A program made the position numbers and the translations under genes. The notes beneath the pieces were generated by a model. That model had not been told where the DNA came from and searched no databases. It saw nothing but the letters and a program-made list of their open reading frames with translations. A stretch of 64,000 nt of DNA, taken from positions 207,827-271,826 of the forward strand of contig NMRA01000401.1 of NCBI GenBank assembly GCA_002633005.1. Reading direction: 5' to 3'. The DNA is from Phoronis australis (taxonomy: Eukaryota; Animalia; Phoronida). Shown one piece after another: positions 12,906 through 26,600 of this stretch. How positions within the stretch are numbered: the first letter of the stretch is position 1; every line of letters begins with the position of its first letter.

Positions 12906-15900
12906 GTGAGGATTTTAACTCAATGGTCTCGATACAATAGTCACAGTGTCACTAGTGTCAGGGAAGTAGTGACACTGCAGTGACGACGTACTGTGGTGTA
13001 ATTATTGTCATGAGCTGAAGGTGTCTTCCCAGATGTCACTTAATTCCCATGCCAAATTCACAAGTTGTAAAAACTTGGTCAATAGATTCTTTGTTATTAA
13101 TGTGCCTGTTTTCTTCAAGTTTATGCTAAACTGAAACAGATTGATCACCAAGTGTTGTCTTGAGTAATTTCTAATTATTTCTCTTGACAGTCAAGAGTCT
13201 TGACTTCTGTCCTTTCTGAATTTTTCTTGTTGTTCAACATCAGCCGTACACTGGCCAGGTGCCACTGTTATGTCAATTAGTATATGTAAATGCATCAGTG
13301 CTACCTTACGATTATTGCGATATCCGGTAACGATATCGAAGCTGGTATGAACAGTTCATCTTCGCAGACCAGAGTTAAGTCAGAATACATGAAAGGGCCG
13401 TAAGGAACAATTTTGAACTAGTTTTATATATAAGCGTAAAAAATTATCGATCAAAAATTGGTTTGATTGACAAATGTTGGGGGGGAGGCAAGGGCAGAGT
13501 ATTATAGTCAGGATTTTGCCCGTCAGAGATTCACATCTCCCAACTGCTAAGTGGAATCTGAGAGAAACTTCAAAACAGTTCTTAAATGTATCCCAAGTAT
13601 AATTATCTTTGTTTCAATTAGCAACAAGTTCCGCGTTGTGAAGTTTCACCCAGTTAGAGTATCTCACACTGATTTTTGCGTGCAGTCAATTAAAACTACT
13701 CTCTGCTTAGTACCAGTAGTATAACAACTTGTAACTTTCAGGCCAGAAAATTTGTGACTGCATGAAATCAGAAAATCATAAAGCTAATAATCTGTTAATT
13801 TTTCAGCTGTTCACGCTAAACACGGCATTGCTTGGACTGATGGGTTAAGTGTACACGTTACTCCTATCTATGCAAAGTATGGCAGCTCGGAACCATTGAA
13901 ACTTGGCGAATTCAGGTAAACTGCATTTTGTTATTTGAAGAGTCTTATCTTTTGTTATTGATTGTATAGATGCTGGGCACTAGTCACTTACAGGAGTCCA
14001 GGATTTTGATAACTAGTTTGGTGTCTGTTATTCAATGGAGGAAATTTGTTCTCAAAATCTTGGACCAATGTGGAGTTTATGCTACAAGTAAACGGACAAA
14101 ATACTGTCTCTACGTAATGATGGGCAGCTACTCTGATAGTGAAGTCCACTTGTGCGCAGCCCTCTGAAACAGGGAATTATGGGTCATTTTGTTTGAGTAT
14201 GTGTTGTAATTACTGCATGTGCTTGTGTTCATGTTCTTGTTCGTGTTCCTGTTCTTGTGTTCATGCTATGAAATATCTTTTTCATGTTCTTGTGTTTTAC
14301 GAACTTTGTGTTGTTAGTATGTTCAAAGTTGATATTGATTTTACAGTCATAGCTGCTAGGAATGTCATGTTGATTAGCCGGTGTCTATCAAAACAAAATG
14401 ACGGTGTCTATCAAAATAGAATGACAGAATTCTGGTGATTTTTGTTGCGCGAAATGATGCGAGTGTGTGAAATGAGTCGAGAATTATCATAAATGTGTCA
14501 ACACGCTCATTTTGCATGGTTACTTCGCTGACTTTGATGGCTACATCATCCCAATACTTTTTAGATATCGCTAAACATTGCAAGGCTAAAAGTGCATTTC
14601 TTTGCAAATGTTTTAACTGATGTTTACAGCTCCTTAATAGGTAGTTGACAACTGCCATTGCCAAGTTACTCACTGTTATGCACACATTACTAGCAAGAAA
14701 AGAATGTTTTTGATAATAGATTCACTGTGAAATTGAACCTGAACCCTGCGGTCACAGTCTACTGAACTACTTAAGTGTGTTTAACTGGCTTCGATTTGAG
14801 GGAATATCTGGCGGACAATGACCAGAATTGCGGATTTCTAATAAAATCAAGAAATCAACGAATGTTGTTGCTTTGTAGCTTTGATCTAAGTCAATAATGT
14901 CAAGAACCCTATTCCATCCAATAATAGTCTCACAGATGTGTTTTTAGTTGTAAATCGATAATGTCCCATTAACTGTGGACACTTGTAGTCTGTGTGTGTG
15001 TTAGTTTTAATTCAAAATGCTGCCCTCAAACCATTGCCAATATGGCCATTCCTTATTAAATTCGATTGTTCTCACCCCTGTCCTTTGTACACTTAGAATC
15101 AATACCATCTCACCTGAGGCTGACATTTTTTGTGTTAACGCATTCCGTCAGCCATTTTTGCTTTGTCAAACTATCATTTGATGGTATTGGAAACAATTGC
15201 CTTGCCCTTGGAAATATTGAGCTTTATTGCCCATGAACTTAAAACATAGATCAGTTTTTGTCATCCGTAAAGATTCATTTATTTAACATCATAATGGTAT
15301 GTTGGGTCGTTTAAGGACACATACTTAAGGGCGCATGATCCATTGTGAAAATGACAAGAAGCGATATACTGGGAAATTGAGTGCTATTGTTATGGCTCAC
15401 TACATTTTTGTGTGGGTTATGAATATTTGGGTTGCCCTCCATAATAACTTTGACTTGGGAAACACAGCTCAGGTGTTTAGAAAAAAGGGCGTCCTTTCTG
15501 AGCAGGTCTTGGTGTTCCTGTTTTTTTATTCTTGCTTTGTAATCCGTAAAACGGGCCGCTAAAATCTCGCCAAGTTAGATCCAGTATGGCAGAAAAATGA
15601 AATTTTATTTTCTCATTTTCTCCATGAAAGATACGTAGCATCCAATCAGGGATTTACTAAGTTCTGTTACCATAGCTACCATTGGAATGAAATGTACTGA
15701 AAATTTTGGGCATTCATAGCAATGTCTGAAGACCTTGAAAAGCATGATGATCGTCCGAAATTGGTGAGATTTTAAAGTGCCTGAAAGGCAGTGCTTAATA
15801 AATTCTATTTTGTCAAATTGCTCCACGAAAACAAAGATTAAAACAAGTTATGTCTGTTACTGATCTGTTTTGTACTGTGTGGATGTCAATAACTATTAGC

Positions 15901-18900
15901 AAAGTATTAATCGGCCTTTGAAAAATTGAGAATGACATTTCGGACAATTATTTTTTGTTAAAATTCCAAGGAGAATTACTGTATGCACTCAGTTACTTTA
16001 CATGCATACCGTGACAAAGTATTCCATCGAAATTGGAACCCTAGTGAGTGTGACACAGATACCTCAGAGCCGTAAACAGACTCACCTTCAAAACAGCTAA
16101 CCAGCCCGGAAAACACGAATTCTGATCTTTAAAACAGGAACCTCGAGGATCGGACAGGAAACCCGGAGACTGAAATACCACTCCCGCTCTTTCAGTTAAA
16201 CATTATCTTAAAAATATAGTACCTTTAGTTAGTACCTTTAAAGTGCTTTGTTTTCATACAACATGTATCAATTTCACACTTGGATGAAAAAAAGAAATTC
16301 TCGTACTTTAAATAGTTAATATGATATGTTGTTTTACTATATGAAAATTTTAGACAACTTGAGACCAATTGGCATTCTACCGTAATTCTGCCGCTAAAGT
16401 TGTGATGCGATGTGTTGTGTCGACTTTCAGTGACATGAAATATTGCGTCATCTGTTGGCCAGCTTATTTTTGCCCCAATTCTTTTTCCGCGACATTGAGT
16501 ACATGTCACAACAAAATTATCGTAACCGGTTTCATTTTACAACTATTATTAAAATCTCTTGGTCTATTTACACCAACCTCTTGTCTGTTTACACTGTCAC
16601 GACGTTTCGGTTGGTCTATTCTCTGGCCATCGTCAGGTGTTCCCACGTTCTTAGAAGAATGAGCACGGATATGTGGTATACTCATGGTGTGATTTGTTGT
16701 CCGAGGCAGAGTGTACCACATATCCGTGCTCTTTCTTCTAAGAACGCGGGAACACCTGACGATGCCCGGAGAATAGATTGACCGAAACATCGTGACAGCG
16801 TAAGTAGACAAGAGGTCGGTGTAAATAGACTAAGAGATTTTTAATATTAGTTGCAACATGCCACCACCTCAGAGCGGTTTTAGAAAGCCGGTTTCATTTT
16901 GTTACAAGGTTTTAGTATTTTAATACCAAATTGAATTTCGGAACAAATTTTTTCAGCAGAAAAAAAGAGTGTGATTGCGCTGAGTTCCGAGATTGTGATT
17001 TCAAATTCCATTTTAATGATCGATGAGGAGTTGAATTTCACTTTTTTATGGTAAGAACAGTGACAGTGCAGGTCTTTTGAGTGAATAATTCTCGCAACCC
17101 ATTTCAAAATCCAGAAAAATGATTGTGCCAGAAATAATTTACTCTCAAGGAGTAAATTGATTTGATGAATCCTAAAGGGCAGCCAAAGTTTAGATATGTA
17201 AAGGAATTAATCAACAATGGCACTCAAAAGTTTAAATAAAGTTTCTGTTTTTCAATTTTGAATTTATTTTTGGAGAAACCATTGAACAATCTTAAATTAA
17301 CTAAATATTCAGCAAGATCAAAAGGTGTTGAGAGTTTAGATTACAGATTATGTTGAAATTGGCGGACAGACAAGTTGCACGAGTTTTACCTATAAAAATC
17401 AAATATCAAAGTCAATATAATATAAATATTATGCTTTATTGTTTACCAATTTTTAACAAATTCTGAAAATAGCTGAAAAGTACTTGAAGATGTTTTAACT
17501 CAAAGTTTGAGGCTACTGCTTTCATCTCAGAAAATTTGTCATGCTTCATGTCCCATCCCTGTGGTTCGTGATTTAAAGGTCGGGGTTCGTTTTTTCAGGC
17601 TGGTGAACAAAGAAGAAGTCAACTAAGTTTCCTAAATCATTTGCGTATTTGTGTCATTCTTTAGTCGCCACTCTAATCTTTTCTGTTGTTTTATCCAAAT
17701 TAAGAGCTCCTTTTAGACTAGTGACATTTTCTAAAAATACAAATAAACTGAACCCTTATATCAATGAAAATCAATAGGGACGGGTGTTAAATGAATCAAT
17801 AGGGACAGGCGTTAAATGAAAAGATTTGTTGGCTATTTATATTCAGTAGAGAAATTCGAGGTAGAGTTCACTCTCGGTTTGTATAAAAGGCAAAAATTGA
17901 ATACCGTAGTAATGAACCTAAACCAGCAACTGGGCATAGAGCAAAAATGACGTGGCGTTATCGCGTTATCACACGTTTATTGCATTGTGCTCTTGATGTC
18001 ACTCTACAGTCAAACTTATCTTGGGTAATAGTAATTATTCACGGGTGAGTATTTTACACGTTTGACACGCTTTTGAGCATGTCAGACGTGTCAAATGTGT
18101 AAAAAAATGTGTAAAACGTGTCAAATTTGCCACGCTAAGGTTGTGGCAAGCATTTTTAAGTCTGGTCATCACGCCACCAGTGTCCTAATGGCGGCGTGCT
18201 GACCAGACTTAAAAATGTCTGCGATATATTGGTACATTTCCGTGCCGGTATAAAAATTATTAGTGTGGAAAAATGTCTTTCCAATTAGATAACTAATGAT
18301 CTGTATTGTTTCTGAAGTTTATATCAAAGACATTCATTGCGGTATTCATCTAGGATGTCAAAAATAGGACGTTCAAAATCAGTTTCTCAGTTGCACAGGG
18401 TATCCATGGCCAACGACTCTTGGCAGCGTTTTTGTGACCCCAAGTGGATGTGTGTNNNNNNNNNNNNNNNNNNNNNNNNNNNNNNNNNNNNNNNNNNNNN
18501 NNNNNNNNNNNNNNNNNNNNNNNNNNNNNNNNNNNNNNNNNNNNNNNNNNNNNNNNNNNNNNNNNNNNNNNNNNNNNNNNNNNNNNNNNNNNNNNNNNNN
18601 NNNNNNNNNNNNNNNNNNNNNNNNNNNNNNNNNNNNNNNNNNNNNNNNNNNNNNNNNNNNNNNNNNNNNNNNNNNNNNNNNNNNNNNNNNNNNNNNNNNN
18701 NNNNNNNNNNNNNNNNNNNNNNNNNNNNNNNNNNNNNNNNNNNNNNNNNNNNNNNNNNNNNNNNNNNNNNNNNNNNNNNNNNNNNNNNNNNNNNNNCCAT
18801 TGTGAAAATGACAAGAAGCGATATACTGGGAAATTGAGTGCTATTGTTATGGCTCACTACATTTTTGTGTGGGTTATGAATATTTGGGTTGCCCTTCATA

Positions 18901-20560
18901 ATTACTTTGACTTGGGAAACACAGCTCAGGTGTTTTAGAAAAAAGGGCGTCCTTTCTGAGCAGGTCTTGGTGTTCCTGTTTTTTATTCTTGCTTTGTATT
19001 CCGTAAAACGGGCCGCTAAAATCTCGCCAAGTTAGATACAGTATGGCAGAAAAATGAAATTTTATTTTCTCATTTTCTTCATGAAAGATACGTAGCACCC
19101 AATCAGGGCTTTACTAAGTTCTGTTACCATAGCTACCATCGGAATGAAATATACTGAAAATTATGGGCATTCATAGCAATGTCTGAAGACCTTGAAAAGC
19201 ATGATGATCGTCCGAAATTGGTGAGATTTTAAAGTGCCTGAAAGGCAGTGCTTAATAAATTCTATTTTGTCAAATTGCTCCACGAAAACAAAGATTAAAA
19301 CAAGTTTTGTCTGTTACTGACCTGTTTTGTACTGTGCAGATGTTAATAACTATTAGTAAAGTATTAATCGGCCTTTGAAAAATTGAGAATGACATTTCGG
19401 ACAATTATTTTTTGTTAAAATTCCAAGGAGAATTAGTGTTTGCACTCAGTTACTTTACATGCATACCGTGACAAAGTATTCCATCGAAATTGGAACCCTA
19501 GTGAGTGTAACACAGATACCTCAGAGCCGTAAACAGACTCGCCTTCAAAACAGCTAACCAGCCCGGAAAACACGAACTCTGATCTTTTAAACAGGAACCT
19601 TGAGGATCGGACAGGAAACCCGGAGACCGAAATACCACTCCCGCTCTTTCAGTTAAACATTATCTTAAAAATATAGTATCTTTAGTTAGTACCTTTAAAG
19701 TGCTTTGTTTTCATACATCATGTATCAATTTCACATTTGGAGGAAAAAAAATTTCGTACTTTAAATAGTATATGTTGTTTTACTATATGAGAATTTTAGA
19801 CAACTTGAGACCGATTAGCATTCTGCCGTAATTCTGCTGCTAAAGTTGTGATGCGATGTGTTGTGTCGACTTTCGGCGCCATGAAATATTGCGCCACCTG
19901 TTGGCCAGTTTATTTTTGCCCCAATTCTTCAATCAGCCGTTCTTCTTCCACGACATTTGTGTACATGTCGCAACAAAATTATCGGAACCGGTTTCATTTT
20001 ACAACTATTATTAAAATCTCTTGGTCTATTTACACTGACCTCTAGTCTGTTTACACTGTCATGACGTTTCGGTTGGTCTATTCTCTGGCCATCGTCAGGT
20101 GTTCCCGCGTTCTTAGAAGAACGAGCACAGATATGTGGTACACTCTGCCTCGGACAACAAATCACACCATGAGTATACACGTGTCATATGTGTAAAAAAC
20201 GTGTAATACGTGTCACAATTGTCACACTAAGGTTGTCGCAAGCATTTTTAAGTCTGTTCATCACGCCACCAGTGGCCACATCGCATGACCTAATGGCGGC
20301 GTGCTGACCAGACTTAAAAATGTCTGCGATATATTGGTACATATTGTGCAGACCGTATAAAAATTATTAATGTGGAAAAATGTCTTTCCAAGGTAACTAA
20401 TGATCTGTATTGTTTCTGAAGTTTATATCAAAGACATTCATTGCGGTATTCATCTAGGATGTCAAAAATAGGACGTTCAAAATCAGTTTCTCAGTTGCAC
20501 AGGGTATCCATGGCCAACGACTCTTGACAGCGTTTTTGTGACCCCAAGTGGATGTGTGTT

Positions 20561-20607
<47 letters not shown>

Positions 20608-23600
20608 TTGTGCGCGCATGTGTGCGTGTGTGTGTGTAGTGTGTTTAGTTCTGTAAAAAGGGGCCCGGTTAGGAGTAAATCACTGACATTAGGTTTGTGT
20701 TCCGGAGGCGTGAGAACCTTGCGAGAATGCAAGATCACTCAAGGCTTGGCGAGATACTAAATAATGCATTGCATGGGAAGCCCATGATCACACTAGATTC
20801 CTTCCTGATGAGATTCTTGCATCCAGGCAGCTCAAACCAGTCTTCTCAGCTGGGTTAGATAATCCTTTTCAGGAAAGAACAGGCCAGTAGTGTTGCTTAG
20901 CCTGCTATGTATTTATTCTATTATTCAAGACCACTCAGGTGCGGTACAAAAGAAGGGTCAACTAGTGTTGACTGTGATTTAGGGAATCTCAAGAACTAGA
21001 CAAATACCTGAGAGACTGTGGTAAATTTATGTGAAGATTCTTTGTTCCTCCTGTGAGAGACCACAACCCTCTGGCTCCAGCAGCTTGTTGAGCCTCATTA
21101 TCACTTTACCTAAGAATAAATCATGCTCCTTAATTGTGCTCTAAAGAACAGGGTGAACTGTACTATTAGTACACCTAAGCAATACGGGAGACATTCCCAT
21201 GTGAAAAATGCTGGACATAATCCCAAGCAATTTTTACATGGAATGGTTGCACATGGACACCATTTTGCCGGGTTCCATCAACTTTGCCAGGGTTGTTTCA
21301 TTAAGTCTAACAGCTTCATTTCCTAACCAGAAACTCAAATGCTGCTTCTCTCTCCATTTCCAATTTCCACAGCCACATTCCACGGCATGTGGATGTTTGT
21401 GATGTGAGCTTTCTTTGTTTGGGAAATTGGAACAGAGATGAGTGTTAGTGAAAAGTGTAAAGTTGGTCATTGAACATTGAACTTCTCGGAACAGCAAATT
21501 TCATATCATGTTTGGCTTAAGTACATCAAAATCCAACTGCTGCCTGGTGTTTTCGTAATTGGCCCAATTAACACTTTATTGTAATATTAAACAAACATTT
21601 AGGTTGTAAAGCCTGCACCTTCCTTTCCAATCTTCAAAATTCAAAATGTGGCTTTCAAAAACTATTCTAATATGCTATTTACATACTTTCAAAACGATAA
21701 CTTAAAAATATTATTGTCGCCCCCCCTCCCCCCATCCCCCCAAATGTGTTTATGATGGTCTTATTATCTAGAGAACATCAGCAGCCTGAGGTGATTTAGT
21801 TAACCACATCAGGGTGGTGTTTTTGGTCTGAACATCAGATTCTGTGGTGGGCCAAGGGGTTGAGCTACTCAATCTCAACTGTGGTTAGGGTTTCAGCTAG
21901 GATTCTTATCATGAGAGACATAACATGTATTGTAAACTACTGAGTCTGTCTCTTAGTTGAGTTCTCTCAACCTCTATTATGTAACATGTCTATTGAACAC
22001 AGGGACATATGATTTGTGTGAGCACTATATACCCCTTATCAAAGTGATCGTAATAACCCCAAAGAATGTAGTGGAATTCAAATGGGGGAGGGCCTCCATA
22101 GTCCTGTATAGACATCAGCTTTTGGCCTGGTGCAACTGACGGAGCAAATTGACCCGTATGAAGCGGCCATTTACGCACACAACAACTCACTAACTGTGGC
22201 AAGACGGAAATTGCAGGCTGGAGAGACTGGATCTCACATGCGCAGGTTTACGAATGACGAGAGTTGCAGAGACAAAGAACCCGTATGAAGGTCATTGCAC
22301 AAGCGCAGTTGAGATGATCCTTTCCGCCTTTCTCCAGTTTCGCGTTTAGACTTATAGTTGACACGGAGCAAGATGTTCCGGCACAAATTGCTCTAACTCA
22401 CAAACGGGAACAACTTGTTCCGTGTCAGCTGCTCCGTGTCAACTTTGTAAGTGTAAACGGCACTCATGTTCTGAACATTTTATTCATTGGTTGCTTTTGG
22501 TAGATGAGTTGTGCGTATGTGCATATGTGTGTGTGTGGGTGGCGGGGGGTTGGATGTGTGGGTGGGTGTGTGTGGGTGGGTGGGTGTAGTTCTTAGCCAC
22601 TTAATTTAGACTGTTCAAAGACACTGGGTAGGTGTAAAATAGCGTCCACATGTACCAAACTTAGTGACATTACTCATTCCAGGAAGTAATTGTTCTAGGG
22701 TACTTCTCAGTGTGGACTGCGCTGTATTTATTGCAGGACGGTAGGATGTGTATAGTAAGTAGGACATTTCAAGATTTCCCAACAGGGGTGATATAACTTA
22801 CGCGTATTTTCTAATTTGCATGAGGATACAATGGTATTAATTATTGTAGAAACATTCTTTCAAATTTCCGGGGCTCTGAAATACGTGGGAACGTAGCTTC
22901 TTCTATACCGTCCTTGGTGCTCTACTTGAATCTGGGTGCCTAACCTGACACACGGACACTTGGACAGTTGCCCTGGCCACATAGCCTTTGAATTAATGGT
23001 AGCATTCTAAAGTTAATAAAATGTAAGTGAAGCAAAACGTGGTTAGGTGGCAGCACTAGTAGTAGGCACTTCATTGAACATTTTCAAGTGTTCTTATATA
23101 AACTTGGGCATTAACCCAAATGTTTATGGTTTTTACCAGTAATATACTTCTGAGCAGTATTTTGTATGTTTTGACCTTGATGCTCTTATTGCGCACATAT
23201 TTTAATTTCTGTTTTGACTGGCTGAAAACGGATGATCTTAGCTCTGATTGGGGAAGTCGTATGTATTACGACAATGTGGTCCTTGGTTCTAAGTGATTCA
23301 TTCATCGACACTTTCAAAAGTTCGATGAATAACAGCAAGAACTGATTCTACCTGTGGTTTTTAATACCTGGAGTCTGCGGAATATGATTTGTGACCTTTT
23401 TTCAGTGATGAAATACAGCAATTATACTCATTTGCTAAATGAATATGATTCGTAATATTTGAAGTTTTGTTAACCTCTCATTTGTTCCTTTATAGTTCCG
23501 TGCGAAGTCTTCAGTGGAGTAGAGATGTTGGTCACCGGCTGTGTTACCTGAGTGTGGTCAGTCAAAACGAGGTCACACTGTGGACAGTGAAGGGCAAGTG

Positions 23601-26600
23601 GCCCAAGTTAACAGTGAAATTGGCCTGCAAACTGCATTCTGCCCCCATTAACAATGGTCAGTATGTGTACTATACAGCTTTGTCCATGTCAAAAGTTTTA
23701 TCAAACTTTACTATGGTGTTTTGTTTGAGAACCCATGCATGCATGTTTTATTGCCATGTGTTTATGAATAACTATTGATCATAGTATCAGTATAGCCTAA
23801 TATAATTATGTTTATTTTGGATGTTAATTCCTCTTGCCCTAATATGAGTTCCCAGGAATTCCATCTGTTGGTACCACATGATTTTACAATAAATCTTTGC
23901 TCATTTCATCACATTTGAGGTCCTATCACACCCTAGGAACTGCTTAGTGGTCATTTACACTTGTGCTGTGCCCTGGGACAATAAAAATTCAGGGCCTTCT
24001 GTGTTTTGAAATTTTAGGCATCCACAATAATACTAGAAATCATTGAGAAATAAAAGAGGCATTTTTCCAAACATTTTGCTCAATTTTGGTGAGATTTCAC
24101 CGTATTTGGTCTCTAATTGAGTCATATTTTTATTTCTTGAATTCACCCGTGTGTGGATAGGGGGACATTGCATGCGCGATGGTACATTATGCTTACCTTT
24201 TCTCAGATCTTTTGGGACACAATTGGTTAATTTACACTTTCTGAAAAACTTTTTCTTAAAATATCAACACTCCACTTAGGCCTTGATATTGTAGGTTGCC
24301 TCTGGCATCCCGTCACAGACATTATTTGCATCCTGTCTTCACATCGGGCCAAGTTGCACTTCCACCATGAGCTGGACACCAGAGGGAGCTACACACTTCC
24401 ACAAATCCAGAGGTTAGTGTCTCTTGTTATGGAGTTTGAGCATCAGCCATACTTCTATACTATATAGATATTATATTAAAAAGATATTGGATTAATAAAA
24501 TATTTAATTTATTTAAAAATTTAAAGTGTCATTCTACACAGCGTTTAGTAAATCTGAGTACCTTTAGTTTTCAAAAGTTGATGAACTTTATCAAAGGTCA
24601 TCTGGCTTCGTCAAAGTTGTGGCAAAAATCCATAATGATTTGAAAATATGTCTTTTAAGACCTTGAGGCTTTAAAGAGTCAAGTATATTGCAATTCTTGA
24701 AAATTGTTATGTTGGTTCATGTTTTGGGCAGGCCCCTTTGCTTTTGAACTTTGTCACAACGTGTTTGCATTAATTATTCCACATGATAACACCATAGACA
24801 TGGAAGGAATCACTATTTGCTTCATTTTAATGATTCATTGCCTCTGACTAGATTGTAACAGTTTGAAGGTTGTGATTTCAGCTTGACCTAATTAGCTCTG
24901 AGTAACAATTAAAAGAGAAACTGCTCACGAACGAGTCCGGAGTCCGATTAGAATAACGAAAAACAGAGCTCAGTTTCCACAGATGGTTCTTTATTGTTCC
25001 CATTTCACTCAGGGTCTGAGCTCAGTCCACTGGGGTAGGTTGTTTACAACTGTTAACTAAGACCCAGCATGAAAACATCTGTATGCTAGGTCTCAGATTG
25101 TGGTGTTCTTCAATGGAACTATTTTAAGTGTGCAGAGAGGGTTTGGCACATCTGTACCGCTAGCTTTGTTTCTTGGTAGTGATGCGTGGTGTTACAAGTT
25201 TATTTATTCCACTATCAGGGGTCCCATAATAAAAAATCCAGGTATTGAAGGACTCCTCGGGAAGTCCAGTTTGTGCATGCTCAGTAATGCCTAAGATTTT
25301 TTAGAAAGCAGATGGTTACACAGCAAAGTCGTGACAATTTAAAAAATCACTCAGCCCACAGCAATTAAACGAAATGTACGGTAATAACGTCAACTTTACA
25401 CAGATTAATACAATTCCATGAGAATGTCTACCTTGTTTTAATATGGATATGTATCTTTGGCAAATGTGCGTCGATTTTGACCAAAAACATATCGTTGTGG
25501 TCGACATAAGATAATTCAAAATTAAATATCAAAATTATAAGAGAAAAATGCAAGAGTTGAAATAATCGAATACTCTGGCACATTTCACTCACAGACAGCC
25601 AGAGGGCTTATCACTGCAGTAAATCAAATGCAAAGCTGTAACATAAACAAACTACTGCACATTTGTTTATGTGGCTGTCCCTCCCTAAAAACCTACCCCA
25701 ACTTATGGACCCTGGACTTCAGACCCTGAGTGGAATACTAATGATTTTATGGTCTGCAAAAAATGTGCCCTCATGAAAACTTTTGTCATTTGAGTCTTAT
25801 TTTTGTCATGTTTTGATCTTTTAGTGGAAAAATTACCTGCGGGAGCTGGTCAACTGATGGATTGAAACTTGCGGTTATGTACAGCGAAACAGTTGTGGTA
25901 TGTTTATGTTCACGTTTCAGATTGTATTTTGAAATAGTTATTAAGATATTGTGCTGAGGCCTGGACCTGGCGTGCATAATGCAAAATGGCGGTGATGGAA
26001 CCTTATCAGGGATTTCTAGACTATCGACTGGAACACAGTTCTCACTGACTTGGCAACTGTTTATTTTAACACCACAGGTGTGTGTGGACGTGAAATTGTA
26101 TGTTGTACATCAAACTAAGACTTGCGGTTTGCTCAGGAATTTCGACCCTCCAAGTAAGTCAGATGGCGACTGGAAACGTTCTGTCTTGTCGGAAGTGCCT
26201 TATGTAAACTCGGTACTCAAAACCCGACTGGAAAATTGATCAGTTAGTTGGTATGCATTGAGTAAATTTGAAAATTTGTACTCGAATGATTTGATGTGAT
26301 TGGTATAGATGACATCATGTGACTCGAGACTTTAATTACTTGCAAACAACTGTTTATCGCAACATACGTGGTCATCTGAAGTTTTTAATGAAGAAAGTAT
26401 GATTTGATGTGGAGACAAATTAAATCAAATTAGTTGTAATGTCAATAAAATATTTTCTACCAAATACTGTACATGACACCCGAGCTAAAGAGGAATTTCC
26501 CATCGTGATGGTGGAAGGCAAGCCAAAGTTGGCCGTCATAAGTAGCCGTCCCTCATAAAAGGGTCATTCGCTTTGATAATTTTTTCACTGAGAAGTTTTA

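Larger units (their letters stand above)
15341..20560. repeat. Diverged tandem duplication around the N gap (15341-18455 vs 18797-20560); probably two haplotypes assembled in tandem
   Basis: Near-identical sequence with SNPs and indels on either side of the 341-N gap 18456-18796; the left copy ends in a GT microsatellite. Confidence 0.75.

Noticed and set aside
14374-15230. 103-aa minus-strand ORF and upstream coding-like sequence
   Set aside because: No identifiable motif or splice structure
18337-18938. Long ORFs of 120-170 aa
   Set aside because: They run through the N gap and are artefacts
20760-21600. Coding-like minus-strand stretch with Cys/His residues
   Set aside because: Multiple stops and no recognisable domain; perhaps a decayed transposon ORF, but not supportable
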